Shown here piece by piece: positions 13,564-27,581 of a DNA stretch of 64,000 nt. Origin of the DNA: Botryllus schlosseri (lineage: Eukaryota); the NCBI GenBank assembly GCA_051294905.1, contig CM119372.1:16060001-16124000 (forward strand), in the 5' to 3' direction. Numbering within the stretch: position 1 is the first letter of the stretch; every line of letters begins with the position of its first letter. Position numbers and translations under genes: made by a program. The notes below the pieces were generated by a model. That model was not told the origin of the DNA. It searched no databases and saw only the letters and a list, made by a program, of their open reading frames with translations.

Positions 13564-16500
13564 CCCATAACCACGTGTTATAACCAGGGCCGTGGAGTCG
13601 GTAAATGTTACCACCGACTCCGGCTCCGACTCCGACTCCACACATTTTCAATATACCGACTACGACTCCGAATCCTGAGTCTTTAAACGTACCGACTCCG
13701 ACTCCGACTCCGACTCCGACTCCGACTCCGACTCCTGGGTCTTTAAACGTACCGACTCCGACTCCGACTCCCGACTCCGACTCCAGCATTATTACCAATT
13801 TACTTCGAAAATTATATTCCACATTTTCGGTTGAATGACTGTCATAGAACCATTAAACATATGCAAACATATGATTAACGGTGGCATGCTAAATTGTTTC
13901 ATTGTGGCACAGCTCGAATTATCCACTATGCAATTCTCACAAACTCCGATTTGAAAGAAAGATTTGCTAAGTATCCTTCCCTTTTCAAATTTTTATAACA
14001 TGGACTCTCTAATATCCTGAAATGTATGAATCATTCAAATGGCAGATATCCAATCCTGTATAATAAAAATGTAGATAAAAAATCCAAGTGTAGCTCTTGT
14101 GTATGAGTCAGCAACTAATAAAAATATTGAACCTACTAATTTTGTCATTGCACACTATACTATGATTACAAGCACACACACTCTTACTAATAATAGCCAT
14201 TGGTCATAAATGGAATTTAGTTAAGTAGTCAAAGAACATAGCCTATGTCTAGTCTATATGTACTTAATCAAGTATTCAAGGATTGGGACTTGCAGTCATT
14301 CTTAATCATTTATTCGACCCAAACAGCTAAGCTACATTACAAATATTTTTAAATTTGTCAAGTGGAAAGCATCGTTTGGTCATATTTACATCACTTCTAC
14401 AATTTTACGAAATCAGCAGATGCATTTGCTCTGTCACAATATTATAGTATAATTCCAAAAATTGCATCAATTTTGACTGCATCGCGAAAACGCATATTGC
14501 GATTTTCTTACCCTGTGCAACTGAGTTGTAATTTGCAAGTAATGTCTAGTTTTATCTATATCAGGGGTGGGGAACGTTTTCGGCCAAAGGGAGACAGGAG
14601 ATTTACGAATCATTACGCGGGCAACTGGAATGTTGTAACCTTTTTTTAGTCGTCCGATAGGAGCGAACCGAATTAGGTAACATTGCAACAAGACTTATAT
14701 TAATACGCTCTAAAATTGATAACAATATGTCATGCAACTGTGCAGTGCGCAATCAGGCCGTGGTCGCACGAAGCGCGAATTTTTTTGCAATATAATGACT
14801 GAATTATATCAATAAATATGTTGCTAACATACATCGGGGGTCGCATCTGTATGGCTACCACTGGGCTCATTTGGCAGGGACAGGATTATTCGACGTTTAG
14901 ACATAGCAAAATCGACGGTATCAGTGAACATGCCTCTATCATTTTGTGCAAATGTTTCGTCGACGATCTCGCTGCGGGTGCACAAGCGAAGCCGCATGTT
15001 GGACGACACGTTATCTCCTAATTGCGAATAATATGTATTTATAATTTTCAGAAGGGGGCTCAAAAACTGAATGCAAGACATGTACACTGTAAATTCTGAA
15101 GTGTTGCTCAACCCGGAAAATTGAACACGAAACGTGATCCAAAAATTGAACGCCTAGAAGTGTTACGAAGTGTTTAAATTAAAAGTGTTTAACTAAAAAG
15201 TGTTCAGCCTCAAAGTGGCTGGTTGACTAGTCACCGGAACGCAGGGCTCAAAATAAAATCAGATTTTATTGATTCATGAATAGATGACGCTTATAATACC
15301 CAACCTGGGTGATTAAATACGTGCAAACATTGAAATTTCCAATAGCTGCTGTGACAGGGTTTCATAAATTCAGATCAGCAGTTGAAACCGTTTCCGGAAT
15401 AGTCCATGAAATCACGAACATCACAAATGATCAAGAGCAAACTCACTACAAATATCATGCAACTCGTTCAATCATGAAAATGAATGCATAGGGAATTAGG
15501 GATAGTGATAACAAAATATCAATTAGTATCTTTAACTTTCGTGACAATGGCATGGAGTCAAATTCATTGGTTATGTCCGTTAACGGAAAACATGATCAAC
15601 ACAAATCAATAAAACTTATTTAAAATTGATCAAATTATGGCTTGTAAATTTCTAATTTTATTGTAAATAAACAAACAATGAATGTATCAGTTTCACTACC
15701 ACTACCACGATAAACAAGTAACAAAGTATTTTTTTACTCTTAATGAAATTGGGCCTGCTAACCAGGCATCAAAAATATTCTTGGGCTTGCATTACAAGTA
15801 TTTATATCAGGTTAATGCCAATCACTTTTGTTTAAATAACAAAGAAATCGTTTCTTTGAGTCAATACAAATTTTGCAGATTTACAGAAAATATTTTGTTG
15901 TTATTTACCAGTCTGCAGCAAAATATGAGATCTGGAAGTCATTAGGGCACTGGTTCTTGAACATTTTTGGACACGCCCCGTTATGATAGCAAAAAAATTT
16001 CACACACCCCTTATCGTCGTATCATGAAATTAAAAAAAGCAACCAGAACGCTAGAAATCCCAACTGATAGTTGGATGGCAGTGACGGTAATAGTTGTTGA
16101 TGACAGAATATTCAAATAATAAATTCTGACCATACACATAAGTGGAAGCTGCCATGTGCGAAAAAGATTTTAGTTGACAGCGGCTTCACGCCCCTTCAAA
16201 TGCTTTCTCCTGTTTGAGAACCACTCCTTCAGGGTATGACAATCCAATGCATAGTAGCTCAAAACGTCAACAATGTTTCTGAATAATCCATTTTCACTGA
16301 AGCAGTTTTATATTCTTGGCATCAGCTGCGATCCAGGATCGGTCAATCTCTGATTCGTGGCGTGCCATGGTGTTTGCTTCTTTTCTACTGGTCGACTCCA
16401 AGTTGCGCTCCTTGAAAATGTGATTAAATTCCAAAGTTTTGAATATGTCAATGAAAATTCTAAATTTTATGCAGAAATAAATATAAATATTTCACACATG

Positions 16501-17298
16501 CAGGTTACACAAGCGCAGGAAAGGCGCTCGGGTACATGTGAAATCCTATCACTGAGAAGGACTAAAATTCGCATAACGACTAATAAAAATATCTTGAATT
16601 AGGTCTGCGTTTTTTTCAATTCGGCCATTTTGACATTTACATTGACATTCAGACGCACAGGCCACAGTCAGAATGCAGAACTGTAACTCAGAATGAAATT
16701 TATAGCAGAACGTCTATGTAAATTTGTATGGTCCACAAAACAGAAAGATTACGATACCTGTTTCAATAAGACATGCGCTTGGGTCTTGGATTGTATTAGC
16801 TTGTCTCTCAATTTGGCTTGGAGAAGAAGACAGTTGACTTCATCAACCTCGTTTTGCTGAAAATGTAATTGATTGCAAACAAGATCCGAAAATAAATATA
16901 GTAGAATCGTTATTCCTATGGGTTTGGATTTCCATGACAATAATTGACATATGGTAGGCTTTACATATAACTTCGATTCTAAGATTTTATAGCTGCTTTG
17001 AATTGAGACAAGAAAATATACTAGACAAAGGACACATTGATTGTCTTTAGTACAAAAAACTTTGTGACATCTTATCGAAGGTGTTGAATAATTTTCCTTC
17101 ATTGCAGTAATTGTAATTGTTCTCAATCTTTCAAAATCCTTCCTTCCTGATTAAATTTAATTTACGAAATTATTTGGAATTAGCACGACATGGGAAATGA
17201 TCTCAATTTGATGTTCCAAGTATAGTTCAGTAAGCAGTAGTTTAAATACAAGTTACCCCAGCTCTTTACATTCAAGAACACCTCTGTTCAATGTACAC

Positions 17299-19663
17299 TA
17301 GGGTTGTTCAGAATTGATCGACTTTAAAAAAGTCGTGGTTTTCAGTCCGATTCCCATGCCTTATACCATAAAAACATATTCTAGGTACTTTTTTTCGTAA
17401 TTCATCCCTTGCATCCGTGTGCACATTGAGCTGGAAGAATATCGGCTAAAAATAGGGGATTCCCCTAAAATTTGAGTGTCGCTATTCGGACTAGGCTAGT
17501 AAAACGTCATATATAAGCTAGTTTTATGTAGCTATTGCGGTTGGAGTGCTACATAACCTCACTATAGAAAGTCTTGTCAGTTCAGGACACCATTTTCATG
17601 TCCCACACTGCCTTAGAACTCCTCAAAATTGCCTAAGACTGATACTCATTTTGTTGGATCACCTATCCTACACTCCTCAACCCTACCCGAGATTGTTCAT
17701 CAATTGCCGGGATCACCACGTGCAAGAATACAACTGTAAATGTATCATTCACTCACAGCCACATCATAAACATCACATTGTTCAAAGGAAACGAAACAAA
17801 AAGGCAAAGAAACAGATCAACTTGGCAAATACTACTTAAATCAGGTCCGGATGAAATGGTTGCTTTAGAGAAATCGGCACATCTGTTCCCGTTATCTTCC
17901 ACGGCTTGTAAGAGGCTCGCTCGCTGTTCTTTGTCATCTGTTTTGAAAGCAGCAAAGTCGGCATTCAATTTCACCAAACGCTCTGCTGCGCCGTTAACTA
18001 TTTCAACGCTACTCACAAATTCTTGAGCAGTCACGAAATGCGAATCAGTATGCCATTCCGAAACTGGAAGACTAAACCAATCATGTTCGACATGTATAGC
18101 ATTGAATAGAAACCATGATTCCGGTTCAATTAAAGCAACCATACTCATTGACTCAGAGACAGAGTCAGAGATTAGACTCAGAGGTATAGCCTACCTCTGC
18201 GAAATTGTTCAAGGATTGGCATTTGCAGCAATTTAGCAGCCATCGCTTCCTTCACTTTGTCAGGAATATTTGGTTTAGCCGAGAACATTGTTGAAACCAC
18301 CGTTTCCTCGGTGAGATGCCAATGATGTTCTCGCATCTTTTTATATGCCACATCAGCAACTGTGAAATCGCACAATGAAAAGTCCGTCATGCCATGAAGG
18401 AATTTGAGATCAATATACTGTGCGTCACATGCATTACCAGTTTTCAACCAAGCTGGGACATAAAACAGGGCAACTTTCTAATGAACTCTTCAGAATAGCC
18501 CATTTACTCTCTCCACATGAACATTTTGGACAGTACAGCACTTGACTCATCCATCCAGTGCTATTAGTAGCACCAGGCTTGCGAAAACGATTATCAATAT
18601 ATTGGGCAGCTACAATCGCTAAGGCGCCATCAGCTTTGATCGCCAACCAGCTGCATTCATCAAACTGAAGTGTTTTAGAGCTTCTTAATTGATCAATATC
18701 TTTCCACTTCTTGGAAGGTATTAAAATCTGTGTTTTCAGGGCCTGTGGTCGCAGATCCAAACACACTTCACTTCCAGACCTCCCCGGATGACTAGTTCAT
18801 AAATATGATGGCGACAAGCAGAAGTAGAAAGTAGAAAACTTTCCTGTTTATCAATTCTTCAAGTAACAGAACCGCACCTTTATTTTTTCCATTGTTTGAG
18901 GGTGTTGTGTCAAACACAAGAGCTCTGACATTATTTGTTAAATTATAAAGTTCCAGCAGTTCAAATGACAGATCAGCCTGTGCTTTTCCTGTAGCACTCT
19001 CCAGAGTTCGATTGCCAAGAAGTTTGCCTTTCTCAAATGCGTTGGAATACGCAGACTATGCCAGCACTGCCAAGGCCTCAAATTTCCCTCCGAAACGACT
19101 TCTAGTGAGCTTTGCATCCCAGTGCAATGCAATGTGCCAAGTTGATCTGTTTCTTTGCCTTTTTGTTTCGTTTCCTTTGAACAATGTGATGTTTATCATG
19201 TGGCTGTGAGTGAATGATACATTTACAGTTGTATTCTTGCACGTGGTGATCCCGGCAATTGATGAACAATCTCGGGTAGGGTTGAGGAGTGTAGGATAGG
19301 TGATCCAACAAAATTACTATCAGTCTTAGGCAGTTCTGAGGAGTTCTAAGGCAGTGTGGGACATGAAAATGGTGTCCTGAACTGACAAGACTTTCTATAG
19401 TGAGGTTATGTAGCACTCCAACCACAATAGCTACATAAAACCAGTTTATATATGACGTTTTACTAGCCTAGTCCGAATAGCGACACTCAAATTTTAGGGG
19501 AATCCCCTATTTTTAGCCGATATTCTTCCAGCTCAATGTGCATACGGACGCAAGGGATGAATTACGAAAAAAAGTACCTAGAATATGTTTTTATGGTATA
19601 AGGCATGGGAATCGGACTGAAAACCACGACATTTTGAAAGTCGATCAATTCTGAACAACCCTA
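17299..19663 (-). mobile_element. hAT (hATm-like) transposon with ~530-bp TIRs
   Basis: TAGGGTTGTTC...GAACAACCCTA; perfect 8-bp TSD ATGTACAC; 17299-17827 is inverted at 19135-19663. Confidence 0.93.
17828..19134 (-). pseudogene. Frameshifted hATm-type transposase
   Basis: Ordered motifs in shifting frames: LHWDAKL, LVFDTTPSNNGKNKGA, ACRHHIYEL, FRKPGATNSTGWM, HHWHLTEETV, IVNGAAERLVKL...DDKEQRASLLQAVE. Confidence 0.85.
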
Positions 19664-20029
19664 ATGTACACAGATCAAGCCTCTCTTCAGCTCATATCGC
19701 ATATATAGATAGTTATTGAGAAAATTAGGATTGCAAAAACCAGCACATTACATAATCAATGGTGATATATGAAATGAATAAATAGACTTACATAATCACA
19801 TGTTTCCATGGGTTCTTGAGGCAAAAGTATTATCGCAAAAGACGACTGCACCGGCACAAAATCCGTTCAGATGACTCCTCACGTCACTATCAACACTGTC
19901 TGTTAGCACAGGCACGGTAGAACCAGGGGGTCTTTTCGAAGAGTCGACACCAGTTGGATGAATTTGAAGATCAATCCAAGACTGTTGAAAAGAAAATACT
20001 TGTTTGAAAAATTTGCAATACAAGGGAAC

Positions 20030-20205
20030 TATTCAATATTCGAACAGCTTCTTCGAGGTGCAAAACTTCAATATAAAATTGAATAGTATATGCATATTGA
20101 AAAGAGCCCGAATATTTTCGGCTGAGACTCGTCAGCAACTAGTAGAGAACTCGAAAGAACGTCGTACATCAAAAATCGTATCACAAAATATGACGTCACC
20201 AGCAT
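20030..20205 (-). mobile_element. Solo Penelope-like 3' terminal repeat fragment
   Basis: Matches 49045-49185 directly and 51670-51770 in reverse complement. Confidence 0.8.
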
Positions 20206-22793
20206 TCAGTATTACGCAGATATCAGACTGGATACATTTGTATGTGACAAAAGGGTGTCTTTCATAGAACAAATAATTATTGTAATGGAAAGTTGCAAGT
20301 GACCGTACCACCAATTTTACTCCAGCACGAGTAGCATACTTTCCTGGATTGTTAATCATTTTAGTGGAATTTTACCAGCAAACATTCATAAAAATAACCG
20401 AATGCAGCAGAATCAAATTCATTATCTAAGGATATACCAGTTTACTTACGAAACACCGCGATGCTTACCAGTATTTTAAACAACAAATGCATTTCAAGAA
20501 GGTGCCAATTGCAATACATACTACCTGCACATTAGGGCATTTTTCATATTCTTTCCATCAGCCGCAACCCAGGCTTGATGAGTCCCTGATTCGTGGCGTG
20601 CCATGGCGGATCTTTTTTTTACTGGTCCAATCCAAATGCTGCTCCTAGAAAATACGAAACATTACAAAGGAAAATTGTAAATTTGATGCAGAAGTAAATA
20701 TAAATATTTCACACAGGTAGGTTACAGAAGCGCAGGAGAGGTGCTCAGCCCCCCAGGTTGAGAGCCACTCACCTAGCCCATTATAGTTAAGTAAGCAATA
20801 GTTAAAGTACAAGTTACATGAGCTCATTACGTTCAACTACATCTCTGTTCAGTGTTCAGTGTACGCAGTTCAGGGTACACTGTACAGTGTACACTGTACA
20901 GTGTACACAGATGAAGCCTTTTTCAGCTCATATCGAATAGCCCGTAAGCTACTCTGCGAGATAGTTCGTGAGAAAAGTAGGACTGCAAAAACCAGCAAAT
21001 TACATAATCAATGGTGATATATAAAATGAATAAATGGGCTTACATAATCACATGTATCCATGGGCTCTTGAGACAAAGGTCTGTATCACATAAGATGACT
21101 GTGCCGGCAAAAAACCCGTTACGAACGACTCCTCACGTCACTGTCAACATTGTCTGATAGCGCAGGCACGGTAGACCCAGGGGGCTCTTTTCAAAGAGTG
21201 GACATCAGTTGAACGAATTTGAGGATCAATCCAAGACTATTGAAAAGAAATATTTGTTGCCAAAATTCGCAATACAAATGAACTGCTCAGTAATCACGCA
21301 GATATCATACTGGATACAGTTTTTTTTTCTGCAATAAGTTGTGCGTGACAGAAGGGTGTCTTTCATAGAATAATTAAGTAATGGAATGGAAAGTTGCACA
21401 TGACGTTACCACCAATTTTACTCTGGCACAGTTAGTATACTTCCTGGATTGTTAACAATTTTTGTGAAATTTTATCAGCAAACATTCATAAAAATCTTTA
21501 TCACAAAGATAACCGATTGCAACAGAATCAAATTCATTCTCTAAGGATGTACCAGTTCACTTACAAAATACCGTGATGCTTACCAGTAATACATACAGCA
21601 AATGCATTTCAAAAAGGTGCCAAGTTCAGTACATACTACCTGCAAAATAGAGTTTAGTTCAGTACCGTATCACAATAAACTCAGAAAAGTCAAATTTGGG
21701 GATTGGGCAAAACAAATACTACCCCTTGTGATCCATGGTTTGTTGAAAAGATTGTTTGTTTGGCTGTGCTATTATTGGGGCGATTTTTTGGGCCTAAAAC
21801 GGTAAGATTTTGACTAAAAAATTCACATTCACAGATATTTTGATGATGAAAAACTTAATTTTGACCCCATGTACTTAAATTAGGTGTTTCTCACATAGTG
21901 TTAGAATTGTATTACCGGAACTTATCTTTATTTCTGGCTGGAGCTGTCTGTTCTTCCGAAGTAATTTGACCTGAAAAAATCTTTTAACATGAAAATTGAC
22001 AAATTTTTACATGAAAAAGAACTTATTTTATCGAAATCTGGACCCATGAATAATTCTAGTATTAGTTACATCTCGTATTATGGTAGAAATAATTAAAAAT
22101 TTGTTGTAGTACAACGGAAGATACTTTCCTACATTTTCGGGTAGAAAGTGTCTGTCCTAACTAAGTAGCTTGGCAAGAATGAAGAAAGAACGTTCACCAG
22201 CACTCTCTCTTTCATTATGACAAAGTTGTCTACATCGCAATTTTTCATCATACGGTTTCTAATAGAAGAACCAATGCCCACGCAGTCTTGCTTCAATTAG
22301 GATAATGCAATAGGCTACGTTGAGTATTTGTTTCATTTGGCAGTTTATGATTCACAATGAGCAGACGATGGTCCGTCTACAACGGTAGGACTATAAAGTA
22401 GGCTACAAGATGTAAATTGTAAAATGATAAGTTCACCGAGAGTGCAATCATCTATGATGCAAACGAAATGCAAGTTGCCAACAAAATTTTGATTTTGTAA
22501 AGAATTTTGGCAATTTTTGACCTAACACCTTACCACTTGGAATAAACAGTACAGTGTAAAATGTGTTGCAGTTGAAAAATAATCAAAACCGTTGCATGAC
22601 TGTCATACCGGCATTCAATTGCTGACATTGCAGTACTTGTCCACAATGGACCACAATATCGTCTACATAGCGATATTTCAGTGTGGATAGAGAGAATTTT
22701 ACCAAATTTTATGTAGATCCGTCGCCAAAAACGTGTCCAAAATAGATAACCATGAATTAGCACTTGCAATATTTCAACCAAATACGCGAGAAG

Positions 22794-25700
22794 CTCTCGT
22801 GTTTCGATGAGCGCAGTTCCGGAAAACAACATTTGCAGTAAATGTACACGATATCACTAGACGAAGCTTGTATAGCACCTTAATCGTGCCAAATATTAAA
22901 GCTGTAGCAAATGTCTTAAGGGTCATAAACGCCGCCGACTTCTGGAAAAAATTACCACATTTTGGCGAATCGCGTCTATGAGAATTGCCACGAAATCGCA
23001 AAAACCTCTCGTGTTTCGATGAGCGCAGTTCCGGAAAACAACATTTGCAGTAAATGTACACGATATCACTAGACGAAGCTTGTATAGCACCTTAATCGTG
23101 CCAAATATTAAAGCTGTAGCAAATGTCTTAAGGGTCATAAACGCCGCCGACTTCTGGAAAAAATTACCACATTTTGGCGAATCGCGTCCATGAGAATTGC
23201 CACGAAATCGCAAAAACCTCTCGTGTTTCGAAGAGCGCAGTTCCGGAAAACAACATTTGCAGTAAATGTACACGATATCCCTAGACGAAGCTTGTATAGC
23301 ACCTTAATCGTGCCAAATATTAAAGCTGTAGCAAATGTCTTAAGGGTCATAAACGCCGCCGACTTCTGGAAAAAATTACCACATTTTGGCGAATCGCGTC
23401 TATGAGAATTGCCACGAAATCGCAAAAACCTCGCGTGTTTCGATGAGCGCAGTTCCGGAAAACAACATTTGCAGTAAATGTACACGATATCCCTAGACGA
23501 AGCTTGTATAGCACCTTAATCGTGCCAAATATTAAAGCTGTAGCAAATGTCTTAAGGGTCATAAACGCCGCCGACTTCTGGAAAAAATTACCACATTTTG
23601 GCGAATCGCGTCCATGAGAATTGCCACGAAATCGCAAAAACCTCTCGTGTTTCGATGATTGCAGTTCCGGAAAACAACATTTGCAGTAAATGTACACGAT
23701 ATCCCTAGACGAAGCTTGTATAGCACCTTAATCGTGCCAAATATTAAAGCTGTAGCAAATGTCTTAAGGGTCATAAACGCCGCCGACTTCTGGAAAAAAT
23801 TACCACATTTTGGCGAATCGCGTCTATGAGAATTGCCACGAAATCGCAAAAACCTCTCGTGTTTCGATGAGCGCAGTTCCGGAAAACAACATTTGCAGTA
23901 AATGTACACGATATCACTAGACGAAGCTTGTATAGCACCTTAATCGTGCCAAATATTAAAGCTGTAGCAAATGTCTTAAGGGTCATAAACGCCGCCGACT
24001 TCTGGAAAAAATTACCACATTTTGGCGAATCGCGTCCATGAGAATTGCCACGAAATCGCAAAAACCTCTCGTGTTTCGATGATTGCAGTTCCGGAAAACA
24101 ACATTTGCAGTAAATGTACACGATATCCCTAGACGAAGCTTGTATAGCACCTTAATCGTGCCAAATATTAAAGCTGTAGCAAATGTCTTAAGGGTCATAA
24201 ACGCCGCCGACTTCTGGAAAAAATTACCACATTTTGGCGAATCGCGTCTATGAGAATTGCCACGAAATCGCAAAAACCTCTCGTGTTTCGATGAGCGCAG
24301 TTCCGGAAAACAACATTTGCAGTAAATGTACACGATATCACTAGACGAAGCTTGTATAGCACCTTAATCGTGCCAAATATTAAAGCTGTAGCAAATGTCT
24401 TAAGGGTCATAAACGCCGCCGACTTCTGGAAAAAATTACCACATTTTGGCGAATCGCGTCCATGAGAATTGCCACGAAATCGCAAAAACCTCTCGTGTTT
24501 CGAAGAGCGCAGTTCCGGAAAACAACATTTGCAGTAAATGTACACGATATCCCTAGACGAAGCTTGTATAGCACCTTAATCGTGCCAAATATTAAAGCTG
24601 TAGCAAATGTCTTAAGGGTCATAAACGCCGCCGACTTCTGGAAAAAATTACCACATTTTGGCGAATCGCGTCTATGAGAATTGCCACGAAATCGCAAAAA
24701 CCTCTCGTGTTTCGATGAGCGCAGTTCCGTAAAACAACATTTGCAGTAAATGTTCACGATATCCCTAGACGAAGCTTGTATAGCACCTTAATCGTGCCAA
24801 ATATTAAAGCTGTAGCAAATGTCTTAAGGGTCATAAACGCCGCCGACTTCTGGAAAAAATTACCACATTTTGGCGAATCGCGTCTATGAGAATTGCCACG
24901 AAATCGCAAAAACCTCGCGTGTTTTGATGAGCGCAGTTCCGGAAAACAACATTTGCAGTAAATGTACACGATATCCCTAGACGAAGCTTGTATAGCACCT
25001 TAATCGTGCCAAATATTAAAGCTGTAGCAAATGTCTTAAGGGTCATAAACGCCGCCGACTTCTGGAAAAAATTACCACATTTTGGCGAATCGCGTCCATG
25101 AGAATTGCCACGAAATCGCAAAAACCTCTCGTGTTTCGATGATTGCAGTTCCGGAAAACAACATTTGCAGTAAATGTACACGATATCCCTAGACGAAGCT
25201 TGTATAGCACCTTAATCGTGCCAAATATTAAAGCTGTAGCAAATGTCTTATGGGTCATAAACGCCGCCGACTTCTGGAAAAAATTACCACATTTTGGCGA
25301 ATCGCGTCTATGAGAATTGCCACGAAATCGCAAAAACCTCGCGTGTTTTGATGAGCGCAGTTCCGGAAAACAACATTTGCAGTAAATGTACACGATATCC
25401 CTAGACGAAGCTTGTATAGCACCTTAATCGTGCCAAATATTAAAGCTGTAGCAAATGTCTTAAGGGTCATAAACGCCGCCGACTTCTGGAAAAAATTACC
25501 ACATTTTGGCGAATCGCGTCTATGAGAATTGCCACGAAATCGCAAAAACCTCTCGTGTTTCGATGAGCGCAGTTCCGGAAAACAACATTTGCAGTAAATG
25601 TACACGATATCACTAGACGAAGCTTGTATAGCACCTTAATCGTGCCAAATATTAAAGCTGTAGCAAATGTCTTAAGGGTCATAAACGCCGCCGACTTCTG

Positions 25701-26837
25701 GAAAAAATTACCACATTTTGGCGAATCGCGTCTATGAGAATTGCCACGAAATCGCAAAAACCTCTCGTGTTTCGATGAGCGCAGTTCCGGAAAACAACAT
25801 TTGCAGTAAATGTACACGATATCCCTAGACGAAGCTTGTATAGCACCTTAATCGTGCCAAATATTAAAGCTGTAGCAAATGTCTTAAGGGTCATAAACGC
25901 CGCCGACTTCTGGAAAAAATTACCACATTTTGGCGAATCGCGTCTATGAGAATTGCCACGAAATCGCAAAAACCTCGCGTGTTTCGATGAGCGCAGTTCC
26001 GTAAAACAACATTTGCAGTAAATGTTCACGATATCCCTAGACGAAGCTTGTATAGCACCTTAATCGTGCCAAATATTAAAGCTGTAGCAAATGTCTTAAG
26101 GGTCATAAACGCCGCCGACTTCTGGAAAAAATTACCACATTTTGGCGAATCGCGTCCATGAGAATTGCCACGAAATCGCAAAAACCTCTCGTGTTTCGAT
26201 GATTGCAGTTCCGGAAAACAACATTTGCAGTAAATGTACACGATATCCCTAGACGAAGCTTGTATAGCACCTTAATCGTGCCAAATATTAAAGCTGTAGC
26301 AAATGTCTTAAGGGTCATAAACGCCGCCGACTTCTGGAAAAAATTACCACATTTTGGCGAATCGCGTCCATGAGAATTGCCACGAAATCGCAAAAACCTC
26401 TCGTGTTTCGATGAGCGCAGTTCCGTAAAACAACATTTGCAGTAAATGTTCACGATATCCCTAGACGAAGCTTGTATAGCACCTTAATCGTGCCAAATAT
26501 TAAAGCTGTAGCAAATGTCTTAAGGGTCATAAACGCAGCCGACTTCTGGAAAAAATTACCACATTTTGGCGAATCGCGTCTATGAGAATTGCCACGAAAT
26601 CGCAAAAACCTCGCGTGTTTCGATGAGCGCAGTTCCGGAAAACAACATTTGCAGTAAATGTACACGATATCCCTAGACGAAGCCTGTATAGCACCTTAAT
26701 CGTGCCAAATATTAAAGCTGTAGCAAATGTCTTAAGGGTCATAAACGCCGCCGACTTCTGGAAAAAATTACCACATTTTGGCGAATCGCGTCTATGAGAA
26801 TTGCCACGAAATCGCAAAAACCTCTCGTGTTTCGATG
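22794..26837. repeat. Tandem array, 19 x 212 bp (left arm)
   Basis: Unit start ctc(t/g)cgtgttt recurs from 22794 to 26822, a distance of exactly 19 x 212. Confidence 0.98.
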
Positions 26838-27581
26838 CTGCAACCGTAACTCACAGTGCTTACTATCACATAGTTCCAACACCACAGATATCAGCGATAT
26901 GTATTCAAAGCGTCAGCGTCACCCACTCATCTGTCTGTAGTCGAGAGAATCTTTGGTTAGCACCAGATGCTGATTCCATATTTGTTGTTGTGTATTGTGC
27001 TCTCATCACAACTCCAACCATGATGTTTCCTGACTACCGAAATCTGTAAGTCAATATGTTGATGTAAAAAAACTGTATTACTATACACCACGTTATTAGT
27101 CTTATTTTAAGATCATACCGTGACAACTCATCATGGTCTTCAAAAAGCTGAATCGGTGTCAATTACGAGTCTTGACCTTTAGACTAAATCTGTCTACTTT
27201 CGTGTAGAAACGTATCACTCTTGATTGTGTTTCTCTACTTTCAGGTTCCTGGTGTCTCGGAGAAGTCAGTTGAACTGATTTAAAAGAATGAATGTGAAAA
27301 GGGACTGAAGTATAGAATTGAAGCAACTGGAAGTTCAAAACATTGTTATATGGGCATTGATACTTGAAATTATGACCGGTGTTTCGGTCTTAATTGCTAA
27401 AGTAAAAAAGGAAAAAACTGATAACATAAAAGACACTTCAGTTGCCCCAAAAGAAACTTCGCGGATTCGAGAAGACTGAAATTGAGGTGATTGGTGACGA
27501 GCCTCTAAACCCCTTGCTCGGCCTTTCGAAATGGTCTAGAGCCCTGTGCCTAGATAAGGCCAAATTGATCAAAGTCGTAAC

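Noticed and set aside
13553..13838. PT/GV-repeat ORFs, also at 33466-33886
   Set aside because: Translations of the (ccgact)n subterminal repeats of a MITE.
17546..19425. Paired 97 and 107 aa ORFs (MLHNLTIESLV...)
   Set aside because: They lie in the two TIR copies, and their identity reflects the inverted repeat.
21671..22556. CAC...GTG (Transib/Chapaev-like) element
   Set aside because: No convincing TIR or TSD.
22794..26837. CRISPR-like or rDNA/snRNA tandem array
   Set aside because: There are no unique spacers and the context is eukaryotic. I recognise no 5S, tRNA, snRNA or spliced-leader sequence in the unit, though an Infernal search would be decisive.
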